From assembly GCA_951406725.2 (NCBI GenBank), contig OX597814.1, positions 63,488,001 to 63,552,000 on the forward strand: a stretch of 64,000 bases of DNA, read 5' to 3'. Position 1 is the first letter of the stretch. Each line of letters begins with the position of its first letter. This DNA is from Octopus vulgaris (Eukaryota). Of the stretch, positions 28,890 through 43,702 are shown in pieces. The notes beneath the pieces are model-generated. The model searched no databases and was not told where the DNA came from. It saw nothing but the letters and a program-made list of their open reading frames with translations. The position numbers were made by a program, and so were the translations under genes.

Positions 28890-31500
28890 ATACATACATA
28901 CGTCAACTGTGATCCAGAAACTCCATGATGGAAAAGCACCCGGAGAGACTTGATTCTTGGATATTGGTAAAAGAAGCTAACATTCTACCGACTATGTCTT
29001 ATTAATCTGTACCAGCAAGCTTTCATTGGGAACAGTAGCATACCACACTGGTTAGCTCTGGCAGAGACAAAATTGATCCTCAAATATAGAACCACCCACA
29101 TGGCAAAAAACTACCGGCCAACTGCATGCCAAAACTTAATGTATAAGATATATACAGAATGTTTAAACCTATTCCTCCAAGACCATTGTGAAGCCAATAA
29201 CATTATTACAGCAAAGCAAGCAGCTGGGAAGAAGGGAGTCTGGGGATGTGCTGAGCAATTGTTAATCAACAAAAACTGTGATGTCAGAGGTGCGAGAGCA
29301 TTAGTGGAACCTAGTTTCAATGTGGCTAGATTACAAGAAAGCCTCTGACTTTGTTCCCCACTCATGGATGCTAGAAGCCCTTCAACTTGCTAAAGTTCCA
29401 GTGAGAATAGTCAAAGCCATAGCTGACCTGACTTCATCGTGGGCCACCATCTTGAAGTTAAACACAAAGAATGATTGTATTATCACCGATAGAGTAGTGT
29501 CACAAAGGCATATTCCAAGGAGACAGCCTCTCTCTGTGATGTTGTTTATACTTTCTGTAAACCCTTTGTCATTCATGTTAAGGAAGACTGAAGGATATCT
29601 TACTGGTTCACAAGGAAAACAGAAATATCAAAATTTTACACTGTTTCTTTGTGGATGACTTAAAACTTTATGCAAAGAATATGCATGAGATGAAAAAGAG
29701 CCTTGACCAAGTTACAAATCCCTCAATAGATGTAGGGTTGGTGTTTGGTCAGGATAAATGTTATATGGTTGTGAAAAGGGGAAAACTATATACCAGACTA
29801 GTAACATCTTCATCAATGATTTGACTGTTTCCTCTGTATCTGACGAGAAATGTTACAGGTATCTAGGGGTGGATAAAATTATATCTTACAATGTCACCTG
29901 TAACAAAACAGGTGTCACTAAAGAATATTACAGTCGAATAAAGAAAATTTGAACCTCAGAACTCTTTGCATTCATGTTCCACAATGTGTTTACAGTGCCA
30001 GTACTCATACCAATATTTGGGCTGCTTGATTGGACACTTGATGAAATCCGAGCCATTGATGTGTTAACCCGAAAAATACTAACAAGCACACATAATTTCC
30101 ACATAAACTGTGTCGTAGACCTTCTCCAACTTCAACGAAAACAAGGCGGCAGAGGCTTAACATCAATCCAAAATGCCTTTGAAAATCACATCATATCTTT
30201 TCGGTAACATCTTCTAGCCACCAAGTATCCAAATGCAAGTTTGCATACGTGAGGCTGAAAACTTCATAAGAATTGGAAGGCAGCTCCTTGTCTGATAACC
30301 TTGAAGATATGCCCAAAGCAAAGAGATCGCATGACTCTACATTAAACGTATCATCAGATGAAACGACGAGCGTATATGAGCAGAAGACGATGCATGGATA
30401 TGTCAGTAGAAAGCCCCGTGATGATAGTAACATCGATCATCAAATCAATTTATTATGGACCAATGGCCGGATTCCTACCTTCCACTTTGAAGGGTATGCA
30501 TTTGCTATCCAGGGACAGGAAATATCAACCAAGTTCCTGATGTGCAAAAGGTATAGAGATAGAGGAAACACCATAATATGTGAGAAGCGTTGTAGACTTT
30601 GCGGAGTTTTGGAGACTTTTGGAGTTTGGTCAGGATAAAATTGTTATATGGTTGTGAAAAGGGTAAAACTATGAACCAGACTAGTAATATCTCCATTAAT
30701 GATTTAACTGTTTCCTCAGTATCTGATGAGGAATGTTACAGGAATCTAAGGGTGGATGAAAATATACATTACAATGGCACCTTACAAATATACCTTACAA
30801 TGGAAGAGCCGTGAAATGTGACAACCGATGCAGACTTTGTGGAGTTCACACTGGCGACATCCTCCACATCATAAGAAGTTATCCAAAAATATAATCACCG
30901 TATTGTCTATCAGTGAGACATAACGTTGTAGCTAGGACACTCTACAACGAAATCCGTCGGAAGGATAATCTCGAGGACAAAGGAATAAAAACACACAATA
31001 TGGTAGAAGTCATAGCCACTCATACTGAAAAGGAATACTGGTGGAATGTACAAGTGGAGACCCCAATAAAATTTAAGCACAACAGACCTGATATAACGAT
31101 TTGGAATAGAAAAGAGAAACTGTGCACAGATGTGGAAATTAGCTGCCCATCGAATGTTAAAATAAAACTGAATATCAGTGAAAAAGAGAACACCTATGCT
31201 GAACTATTGAGAAATCTAGAGTTACTCTATCCAGAGTACAAGTTCAGGTTTATACCTGTAATTATTGGGGCCCTGGGATATGTAACACACTGCCTAAATT
31301 CCAATCTTAAGAAATTGGGCTTCTCAAAACCAGAAATGAGAAAGCTAATTCGAAGGCTACAAATCCAATCTATCACTGGTACTGTAAATTTCTGTAAAAC
31401 TTTCCAGAAGTTTATCATTTAAATATATATGAGCATGCCTAGATATGTAACTATATGCATGAGAATACATATATAAAACATAAAAATCCTCACATGCATA
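28890..31500 (+). pseudogene. Degenerate RLE-clade LINE (RT, CCHC finger, restriction-like endonuclease) with internal rearrangement
   Basis: GKAPG, NYRPTACQNLMYKIYT, MWLDYKKASDFVPHSW, FFVDDLKLYA, CRLCG, RHNVVA, NRPDITIW..VEISCP, PVIIGALG. Confidence 0.85.
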
Positions 31501-31504
31501 CGTA

Positions 31505-32430
31505 CGTTCCTGGACTTTCAAGGAGATATTCACACCGTCAAGACCACTGACCTCTATGAGAGTACATGCTTTTTCTTGTCTGTCGAAGACCACTATATCC
31601 GGCCTATCATGCTTTCACTTGACACATGTTTTAATGGTAATGTTCCAGTGATATTCCTTGTGCTTGTATTCGTGTGCCAAGACAGATACAGAAGACCGGT
31701 GGCTATGGAAGAGGAGGAGTGATCTGAAGACAGAGAGAAGCACTTACATGCGCAGCACGAGAACGATCGTAACGGAAAATCAATGTTAAATACAGATTCG
31801 ACAACTCTACCGACAGTGGCAAACGCAGAATGTGTGGTGGGAGGGTTGATACAGTATGGCAGAACGTTAGCAAATGCCCGAAATTAGCACAACGCGAATA
31901 CAAAAGGCTGCATTTCTATGTGACCAGAATGATCAATTGGGATTTCTGCGGAAATCACGGCCTGTAAAGAGCAAAAGCGTGGTACGAACAAACTCCAGAA
32001 GGTAACCGAGAATGAAGATTGCAAAATTCTGTGGGATGCAATGATTCAGTCCAGAGATCGGAGAACGGACATTTTTTGGTGAATAAAAAAGAATGAACAT
32101 GCAAGATAATCAACATAGCATGGCATGGTGACAAAAGGATAAAAGATAAAGGAGAAAGAAAGCTGAACGAATATAACGATTTGAAGTGGGAAGTAAAATT
32201 GTTGTGACAAATGAGGAGAGTAGACGTGATGCCAAGAGTGATTGCCACACTTGAACGTATCAGCACTCAACTACTACCATGGTTCAAAAATGTTGTTACA
32301 AATGTAAAGATAGAAAAAAACAATCAACATTGCTTGGAACTGCAAGAATACTTCGCAGGGTTCTTAGTCTGCTGATTGTAGATAGCTGACACTTTCCATC
32401 ATACCCAGTAAAATAACCTGAGAGTTTTTC
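31505..32430. mobile_element. Further RLE LINE 3' fragments (minus 31505-31680; plus 31690-32430)
   Basis: DRPDIVVFDRQEKACTLIEVS on minus; CRMCG...KCPKLAQREYK...KILWD...LLGTARILRRVL on plus. Confidence 0.7.
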
Positions 32431-32435
32431 TCAAA

Positions 32436-32492
<57 letters not shown>

Positions 32493-32526
32493 AAATAATA
32501 ATAATAATAATAACAACAACAACAAC

Positions 32527-33623
<1,097 letters not shown>

Positions 33624-33684
33624 AATAATAATAATAATAACAATAATAATAATAATAATGCCTTGATGCAAGACCAGGCAGTGA

Positions 33685-34880
33685 CATAGAAATAATAGCA
33701 AAGTACAAGGACCTAGCTATTGATTTACAGAGACTATGGAAAATGTATCCAAGTAGTTATAGCTGCATTGGGAATTATCCCCGAAGATGTGAACAGATGG
33801 ATAGAGGAAATAGGCATAAAACATAGTTTACGACAGCGTCAGAAAACAGTGTTATTTAGGGGCAGCTAGATAGAAGAGTTCTTGGCATCGAAGGCTGTTT
33901 GTAGCCTGATGTTAGGATTTTTCTTTTCCAACAGTCTAATGTATTGAGAGTATATGGAAATAGTAACAACAACAACAACAGCAACAACAACAACTATAAT
34001 GTGCTAAAGATATGGGTGTAAATGCAGATGAAATGATGGGCAAGAAAGAGTTTAACCAAAGAGCTGAGGAGAGGAGAAGAGAAAAGAAGACCTTGGAATG
34101 AAAATGAATGGACAATTTGAAAGGAATACACAAGATGTTAAAGATAATATAGCATCGTGGGCATGGCTTGAGTGAGATTATTTGAAGCGTACCACTGAAA
34201 GCCTGATCATTGCTGCACAAGACCAGGCCCTCGCTACCAATTCAGTGAAGTATAACATCTATAGAACTTCTGACACCCAAAGATGCTGACCCCGTGGAAA
34301 GAGTGTGGAAAATGTGGTATGTGGATGTGAGAGCCTTTCACAAAAATAATACAAGCGCCGTCACGATAAATTGTATATCTTCATTGGCTCTTATGCCGTA
34401 AATACCAATATGAAGTAACAGAGAACTGGTATGAGCATGTATCAAGTAAAATTATGCAGGAGGATGGAAAAGTAACAATACTCTAGGACTATGATTTTGA
34501 GACGGATCGTGTATCCGAGCACCGTCGGCCGGATATTGTCATATTGAATGAGAGAGACAAATACTGTCAGATCATTGATGTAGCGATACCAAATGACATG
34601 GATGTTGTGAAAGTGGAGATGGCAATACTGAATGGAATAAGAGAGGATAATGTAAAAGCGATACCAGTGGTGATCGGGGTGCTGGGCTAAATCCCATTGG
34701 AACTTCAAGACTTCTTAAGGCAACTGGAAATCCGATGCAAGATTGATGTCTTGCAAAAAGCAGCCTTACTGGGCACAGCGCACATCTTAAGGAAAGTATT
34801 ATCTGTCTGGGGTCCTTGTTGTGACTTGACAAATGACTAAAGACTCTGGTGCATTTTTACCTAGACTGTTACAAAGGAAT
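33685..34880 (+). mobile_element. Two RLE LINE 3' remnants
   Basis: KYKDLAIDLQRLWKM; STTE-like SLIIAAQDQALATN; HRRPDIVI..CQIIDVAIP; QKAALLGTAHILRKVL. Confidence 0.75.
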
Positions 34881-34893
34881 ATTAATAATAATA

Positions 34894-34932
<39 letters not shown>

Positions 34933-34934
34933 AT

Positions 34935-35460
34935 GATGCAATATCAGGCAGTGACTCACGTGGCTTTTGATCTTAACTGATTGGAAGCCCTTATCATGGA
35001 TATGTGTATTAGTATAAAAGATGGGCTACGGCAAATAATCTGCACAATACCACAGATTTGCTTGTCAGTTGCTTGACCTTAACCAGTTGACCATGTCCCT
35101 TAGTGGCTGACGATATGTGCATCTCTGATCACGAGCAGAAGTAGTGGGGGAGCATCATAGCCGTGTGTTGAAAGGAATTCTTAGAGGTTTGAATAATTCA
35201 CCTCTGAGTGTTTCGTTCAAAAGCCTTAAACAATTCTTACTCAAGGACGTTTTGAGCGGGATGGGCTACTCGACATGAAGAAAATTCTAACTGGGCCCCA
35301 CCTGCAAGGCCATGCGCTATTTACCTTGATATGAGGTCACCATGTCGCGCACATATGGTTGTGATGCATGTACCTGGTATACCCCTATCAGACAGGTAGT
35401 TATGACGGGCTTTGTATATTTTTCACCAGTGTCACTTTGATGGCGTGCACAGCTCTCGCA
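34935..35460. mobile_element. Fourth copy of the (AAT)n-associated repeat
   Basis: Same body as 3531-4088. Confidence 0.85.
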
Positions 35461-35631
35461 TTAAAATAATTATGGTAACAATCTATTACTATTGCCATGA
35501 GCAAGGAGAGGTAAATCCAGGAATGACTCAAAATCTCTAGGCTAAAAGTAGAGACGAAATAGCTGATTCTAACTGTACAGCGTCACTATCTATCTATAAC
35601 TAACAAAATAAAACGGTAATAAGATATAAGA

Positions 35632-36279
35632 CTAGTAGTATAACTCGGCGTTGCCCGGGATTAAGTTACGATTATTAAGCTAATCAAGTTCTTTATTTCA
35701 AACCAAACTAAGTAATATCGACGTCAAATTTGGGCGAAATCCGTTGAAATTGGTAGGGTTATTTAAGGAAATACAGATAACTTCTGTTATTTGCTTGAAG
35801 GCTCTGCTGTCAGGTGTTTGTAATGTTCATGAGATATTTGAAAGGCAGTGCTGATATGTTAAATAAATGTATTCTCAACAAAACAATTTTTTACTCGGCG
35901 TAAAATAAAAACAAAACTCTTTCGCACTCAAAGTAATATATATGTGAGAGAGAGAGGGGGGAGAAAGATGAACGATTTAAAATAAATAGATGATCTAAAA
36001 TAAATATATTGTAATTGTTGTGTGAGAAAGTATATATACTCTGATTGTAAAATATAGCGTCTTTCAAAAACATCCTAAATTTGAACACTATATCTCGTAT
36101 TTAAAAAAAAAAACATTTTACATTTTATTTTTTATGAAAGCTGTGACTTACTCTCCCTCCCCCTCTCTCTCTCACTTTGTCTTTACCTTTTTTTAGAACG
36201 CTGTCAAATTATCTCCCACTTTTCCTTACATATACTTTTCTTTACTATTTTTGTTAGACGTTGCGAAACACTCTCTCTC

Positions 36280-36314
<35 letters not shown>

Positions 36315-36578
36315 TCAACACACAACTTCTCTCTCTCTCCCTCACACACACACTTTCACTTGGTTATGGCTAGAAGGGACTTAACCCATGTTAGCAACCT
36401 TCAAAATAGGTAAAAGCTATGGCTGAAAATAGACTTTTACCTGTATCCGCGGGAGCCTCGTGAAAAAAAAAAGTTCAAAAAACCCAGGTAGGATGTTGAT
36501 TAATGTCCTTCTGAAATTGGAGCTACATGCGTGCTAATTTGTGGACGGGCATAAATTACAATCACGCACACACGCACA

Positions 36579-36633
<55 letters not shown>

Positions 36634-36654
36634 CCTGCCTTATATATATACAGA
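35632..36654 (-). mobile_element. Non-autonomous Helitron
   Basis: Minus strand A|TCTGTATATATATAAGG...hairpin CCCGGGCAACGCCGAG...CTAG|T. Confidence 0.8.
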
Positions 36655-37170
36655 TGGTTATCATCAAGTGCACAATATGCATTTGTAGAAGAAGATAGTT
36701 GACATCTTTGCCAAACCAGGTGTATACATGGATAGAAACTTGTTGACAGTATGTCCCCTGGAAAATATGGCAAACTTTTCAGCGTGAAAACGAACGAAAA
36801 ATGCTAAAATATGTACGAATCCCGTACGAGACACTCCACCCCAAATTGATAAATGGATCAAGAATAACTGTTCTGATACAATAATGTGGAAAAAATACCT
36901 GCTACCTGATGAACATTGTTATCCCATCTAACAAAGACATCGGCCAAAAAAAGATGGAGAAACTGTCAACATATAAGAGACTTGATAATGAAATACACAA
37001 AATATTGGCAATAAAATAACAAACTTCGGATAACAACTACAGTATTAGGTATGATAAAAATAGGAACAGAAACATACAGGCCGTACTATAACTCATATTG
37101 CTGCACTCATTTCAAACAGTTCCTCCACTAGAAGTAACCAATATTCTACCCAAGCCACTTTCCGTTTAGT
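36655..37170 (+). mobile_element. Degenerate RLE LINE 3' fragment
   Basis: Remnants of SSAQYAF..E..YMDR..YV.W, pre-RPD and 'LGMIK' regions with many indels. Confidence 0.45.
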
Positions 37171-37600
37171 AGCAAATTAAAACTGCATAAAACAATTCAA
37201 AGGTGCAAGATCAATACGCAATAATCTAACCCAAAACGCTCTCCAACAAAACCGATAGCAGGCACTCTAATACAAACAAGAAAAAATATCACATTCTACA
37301 CACCTGAAACTCATTAATGCTATATGAATCACACATCACATTCTTATACTAAATAACCGTCTCGCACTAATCAAACAACACTTACGAAACATATTCCAAA
37401 CACAGCAAAATAAATGAACTGACACAGCACGTATTCTGCATAACAGAAGAAACAGTAAAATAGCACCGGGATTAACAAATATAAAACCTATTTAAAAAGT
37501 AAGCTGATACAAAGACAGGTCCACGTCCTAAAAGGACACTACCTTCAGGTACACCAATAGCACCTGGTGCTATAGTTAAAAATATATTGAAATAAAGTAT

Positions 37601-37610
37601 GCTGCTGCAG

Positions 37611-37689
<79 letters not shown>

Positions 37690-37860
37690 TACTGCTGCTG
37701 CTGCCTGCTACAGCTGTTGCTGCTGCTGCTGCTATTACAACTACTATTGTAACTATTATTTCTGTTGCTGCTGCTACTGCTGCTAATACTATCACTGCCA
37801 CCACCACTGCTACAGCTGATAATGATGATGATGAAAATGACGAAAACGATGATTAAGGTA
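37601..37860. repeat. (CTA)n/(GCT)n/(ATG)n compound microsatellite
   Basis: Seen directly. Confidence 0.9.
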
Positions 37861-40142
37861 AAAACGATGATTATGATGACGGTGACAATAAAAAATATAA
37901 CATTTAATAGATGGCCAGAAATATACATGGATTGTTGATTAGGTTCCAGTTCATGACTGGTAACATAATTTATTGACATTGAAGAATCAAAAGCAATGAC
38001 AAAATCGATGGAATTTGAACTTAGAATAGAAAAAAAAGCTGAAATAAATACGGTGGAGTAATTCTGCTAATCCACTGTTAAGTTTAGGAAGTCATATTAT
38101 AGATACACAAAATCAATTTTTAAAACATGTTTAAATGCAATAAACGAGGTATTAGGCATTAATACACTAGCTATCTCTCCATTGCACGCTAAATGATTTT
38201 ACTAAACTAGACACAAAAACGAAAATATTGACCGCTTTTAGAATACATTACTCTAAATCTAATACATAAATATTGTATTTATTACGAATACAGGGTATTG
38301 GGGGCTTTATGCAATTAAAAATTATCATGAAATATCCATAGCTGTGTCTCAAATGATAGAGTGAAACATAATGAAAATTTGTTAGGAATAACTGCGTAGC
38401 GCAAAGAAAACATTATTTTCCAGGGAAAGAAAATGCATAAAACAAGCTGAAATGGCAGACGGATATGAATAAAAATGCGAAATAACGGAAATTGTGAAAA
38501 GACTAAAACCTCGATTGAATACGTACAAAATATCATCATAAGGTGACGGCATAAGTCCTTACTATGCCAAACTAAGAAAAAGCTGAATAAAGTGTAAGTA
38601 GACACGAAAGTTCCAAACAGTGGTTGTGAAGTGAAAAACTGATATTTTAGTTTTAATATTCACTCAAAAATCAAAGACTGTTCCCCAGATTTCTCCAAAA
38701 GAATAATAAAGCCAAAAAGAATACCTGCATTATTTGTGAAAATGGAAAGTAAAGTTAAAGACATTGTCTCTGGGCATCCAGTGTTATCACTGTTTAAAAA
38801 AAATTATAATGATAATAATTGTTCCACAAATAAGTATACTGTTACAACCCTTTTTTTCATCGAAGACATGATTACACTGTTCATTTTCCACATAAGATGA
38901 AGCATTCACGTTCCACGTGTGTGTATGTGTGTATGCACGTGCGTAAGTGTTTGTGTGTGCGCGCGCGATACCGCACACGCGTGTGTGAATACATTAGAAT
39001 ACCTGTTAGGTTTAGTGATACTAATAATTTGTTTTCTTTGTGCAATAAATTGTAGTTGAGTTTCCCTCAAATCATAATCTGTGGTTGACGTGCAAAAACA
39101 AAAAGGAAAAAAGTTAGTCATTGCACATTTTATCATAGGTCTGTTCGACTAGGGATGATGTAGGATATGAATAACCACAGCTATAACAGCAACAAGGAAA
39201 TAATTTTACAATGGAAGCCGCGTAATATTACTTACATTTGACGTCGTACAATTTAGAATAAGAAAGAAATAACTGACAAAAATACACGTATGTGAAAAGA
39301 AACATGGATCTAAAGCAGTCTATAGAAGTTTGTATTTAAATATAAAAGACCTTTGCCCGTTTTTCTTTTAGCTTATTTTAACGTAGACTTATATCATAAA
39401 ACAGAATATTCAATGAAGATCTGTTCGTTGTTTGAACTTTAGAACATCGATAGTATACACGATCACACGTGCACACACACTCGCCCGCGCGCACACACAC
39501 ACACACACACAACACACAATACACACATTGATCTTATCCAACCTAGCCCTCACACACCGTCCTTTTCTAAAACGCTAGCTCTTACATGCTATTCTTTTCT
39601 GAGATAGTCTCTTAAAGTTTATTAATAAACACTCTCTGAAGTCGTGCCTGGACATATTTAGATTACACCTGCTCCCGCTATTCACCTCTCTCACATGAAC
39701 AGCAACAATAAAGACCTCCAGGAAATTACATTTCACATTCATTTCAAAATGAATGTGAAATGAATACATTTCACATTCTACTGCTACTTGATCTTCTCCA
39801 AACACCAAACAGCTCTTAACCCCTACTATACTTAGTACATAAATCTCACTTGAGTGCTCTCTGAAGTCATTGAACTAGGTCAAATTCATTACATCATTAC
39901 ATCAACTCATTACATCAACTTGTTTCATCTGCTGATCTGTTTGTTAGCTACCAAACCAATATTTACTAGATCACAACGGTCTCCGAACAGAGCCTGCTCA
40001 AATCTGTCCAACACAGAAGAAGATATATATATAACTTAAAATACAAAATGGGACAAGAACGCAAAACATCCGCACAACTAGATGATACAAAAAGGGACAA
40101 CAAAACAGCCACATAGACGATATCCATACACACACATAGGGT

Positions 40143-40302
40143 CAGGTACGGCAGTGTGGTAGGACGATTGCTACCCAACCACATGGCTCCGGTTTCAGTC
40201 CCACAGCGGGCACCTTGGGCAAGGGTTTTCTACTATAACCTCTGGCCGACCAAGGCTTTGCGAGCGGATTTGCTGGACGGAAACTAAAAGAAGCCCGTTG
40301 TT

Positions 40303-40333
<31 letters not shown>

Positions 40334-40580
40334 TGTGTGTGTGTTGTGTGTGTGTGTGTGCGTGTGTATGTTTATTTGTTTGTGTTTCTCCTCCCACCAT
40401 CGCTTGGCAGCCAATGCTGGTGTGTTTATGTCCCCGTCACTTAGCGTTTCGGCAAAAGAGGCAGATAAAATAAGTACTAGGCTCACAAAGAATAAGTCCT
40501 GGGGTAGATTTCTTCGACCTTTTAAGACGGTGCTGCAGCATGCTCGCAATCAAATTACTGAAGCATTTAAAAGAAGAAAA
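40143..40580 (+). mobile_element. tRNA-derived SINE, full length
   Basis: Same family as 21791-22177. Confidence 0.8.
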
Positions 40581-40582
40581 GA

Positions 40583-40615
<33 letters not shown>

Positions 40616-40682
40616 CTAATACAGCTCTCAACACCACCTGTCTTCGTCTTTTATTGTTATTTGTGAATTCACCGTATATATA

Positions 40683-40769
<87 letters not shown>

Positions 40770-41006
40770 GCATATAATTATACATATATATACATAAATA
40801 TGTACACACACATATATATATATACATATATATATACACATATATATATGCAATTATATATATAATGCATACATATGTATATATATATATATATACATAT
40901 ATATAGATACATACATATATATGCATTATAAATATATATATATATATAATGTATATATATGTGCATATATATATATATACGTATATATATTTATACCCAA
41001 TATACC

Positions 41007-41046
<40 letters not shown>

Positions 41047-41212
41047 GTATATATATGTGTATATATATATACATATATATATTTATACCCAATATACCCA
41101 CAGTTATATATATATATATATATGTATACGTATAATTGCAGCGTGGAAGGTGTTTATAACCCATTTAAATGCATACAAAAACCGTTAGATTCACTTCAAC
41201 ATTTAAATTTAA

Positions 41213-41263
41213 TTTGCCAAAATATTTTAGTTGCTTTGAGACCGTGACCTGTTCACTGACAAA
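41213..41263 (-). ncRNA. Degenerate hammerhead motif with G3-C8 swapped core, in a Penelope-type terminus (41133-41290)
   Basis: TTTGTCA-GTGAACA-G-GTCAC(GGTCTCAAA)GCAAC-TAAA-ATAT-TT-TGGCAAA; 7-bp helix I; G12 is T. Confidence 0.55.
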
Positions 41264-41302
41264 ATTCCGTGCTGCATCTGAGAAAGTAACAGTTAGTTTA
41301 TG

Positions 41303-41337
<35 letters not shown>

Positions 41338-41837
41338 TGTATGTATGTATGTATGTATGTGTATGTATGTGTGTGTAAATGTGCGTATGTATATATGTAC
41401 ATGGTTATGCATGTGTGCATGCCTATACGCATGTATGTATGCATGTAAGTATGTATTATGTATTTATGCATTTACATGAATATTTAGGTAAATGTGTGTG
41501 TGTATACATGTCTATCTATATGTGAACGTATGTTTATGTACTGATATGTTCCTATTCAAGTTGTATACATGATTGTTACTTTGTTGAAGGTTGTATACAC
41601 ACACATATACATACATATGCATATACATATGTATAGACACACACACATCTATATGTGTGTGTGTGTGTGTGCGTTTGTCCCTCTCACCACCATATAACGG
41701 TAAATGGATATAACATCTTAGATACATATAAGCACATATAACCTTACTTATACATATATACAAGTACACACAATCATATATACACATCTCTGTAATATAT
41801 ATCTCCGTAATATATATAAATTATAAATATATTTATA

Positions 41838-41917
<80 letters not shown>

Positions 41918-42254
41918 AATGTATACGTGCTAACCTAGTGAATGTTTTAGAAATAGATGTTAAATGCTGTTTTCAACTGAAGATAGCAAAGCATGTTCGT
42001 CATGCAAAGCGGGAAATCAATTAATATTGAAACATGTATTACTTATCCATGTATTCTAAGCAAGGGTAAGCCTATTTTTGAAATATTTATTGCATTGCTA
42101 GTGTGTATCTTTATTGTAACTTTTATGGTGATTTTTGGAGCATTGGCTCTGATTTTAGCAAGTGGTATTATAAACCCTAACTAATCTTAAGTTACTATAT
42201 ATATATGCATGTATATATATATATATGTATGTTTGTATATATACACATATGTAT

Positions 42255-42462
42255 GTCACAACCTAGGACCTTGAAGACTGCTTTAATGCAAGAAAGTATA
42301 CTAGTCCCATAATATTTGATATTCAATATTTCATCTCTTCAGTAAGACAATCTATACTTCATTTCATTCTACTATATATACTATTTATACTATATATTCT
42401 ATATTCTACATTAATATTATAAAGAATATAAATAAACATAAAAAACAGAGTTGGAACTCCTT
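42255..42462 (+). mobile_element. Penelope terminal fragment (same family as 20140-20340) with hammerhead motif 42266-42307
   Basis: GGAC-CTTGAAGA-CTGC(TTTAAT)GCAA-GAAA-GTATAC-TA-GTCC; ~200 bp match to the reverse complement of 20150-20340. Confidence 0.7.
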
Positions 42463-42502
42463 TGAATAATATATATCCCTCTATACACAATCATACAAAC
42501 CC

Positions 42503-42555
<53 letters not shown>

Positions 42556-43669
42556 TACATACATATATATCTCAGATATGCTTTATCCTATACTTTTACA
42601 TATTTAACCAACATATAGATACCAACAATAGCTCGTTTGTCAGAGGACATGTTTGTTTTGAGCGAGGTCAAACTTGATCAAGTTGACCTCATAAAAGTGA
42701 AGGAGAAGAGTGGAGGAAATAGCGTATGATCTTGTAATGAGCATTTTAAAATCTGTTTCATCTTCAAGCGGTTCAGAAGTCGATAAAGTTCTTTTATGCC
42801 TCTAGTTATATATAATATGGTAAAACGTACACGTTCTGTCTAGATAATTCATTTATCGTACGAGAAATATTACACATTTTTTAATATTTTCAATAAGTTC
42901 TTAGTTTTATTACTTTGAAGATGCCCCCTACACTATATGACCTGAAATTATGTATATAACATCTATTGTGTCATCTTTCTTTTAAAATTATTTGACTTAT
43001 ACCTATAGAAAATGTGTTCGTTTCCAAGAAAGAGAGAACCTCAATCTCTGGAATTTAGCGAACAAGATTGATGAAGAAAAAATCTGGCAAACTTTTTAAT
43101 ATTCCATTTACAGAAAATGCAACTTAGCTCGCAACTTTATTCAAATCTGAAAAAACGAAGTGTTTCGAGATTGCTGTTTCAATATTTATTAGCAGAGCTA
43201 CATGCACCAAAAATTTCGAGTATAAATTTTTACATATTACTCTAGATAAAACTGAAGGATTCGCTTATGTATGTATGTATGTATGTATGTATGTATGTAT
43301 GTATGTATGTATGTATGTATGTATGTATGTATGTATGTATGTATGTATGTATGTATGTATGTATACATGAATGTGTTTATGCATGTATGCAAGAAATAAC
43401 CACTTAGTTATTTTTAAAACATCTGACTAGGAGTAAGACACTTCGATATAAAACTTAAGGATTGTTCTGGTCTGGTTGACCTATCCACTGCTAAGCCAGC
43501 GAGAGAATATCTGTTGTATATGAAAAGTGAATCCAGTTCCGGGCTCATTTCACTCACTATAATGAATTTGACGAACAGGTTGTTCTTGGATAATACATTA
43601 TAGAAAGAAACATGTAAGATTTTAAGAGGCTGGCACACACGATAGAGTTTAACTTCGAACATGTAAGTC

Positions 43670-43702
<33 letters not shown>

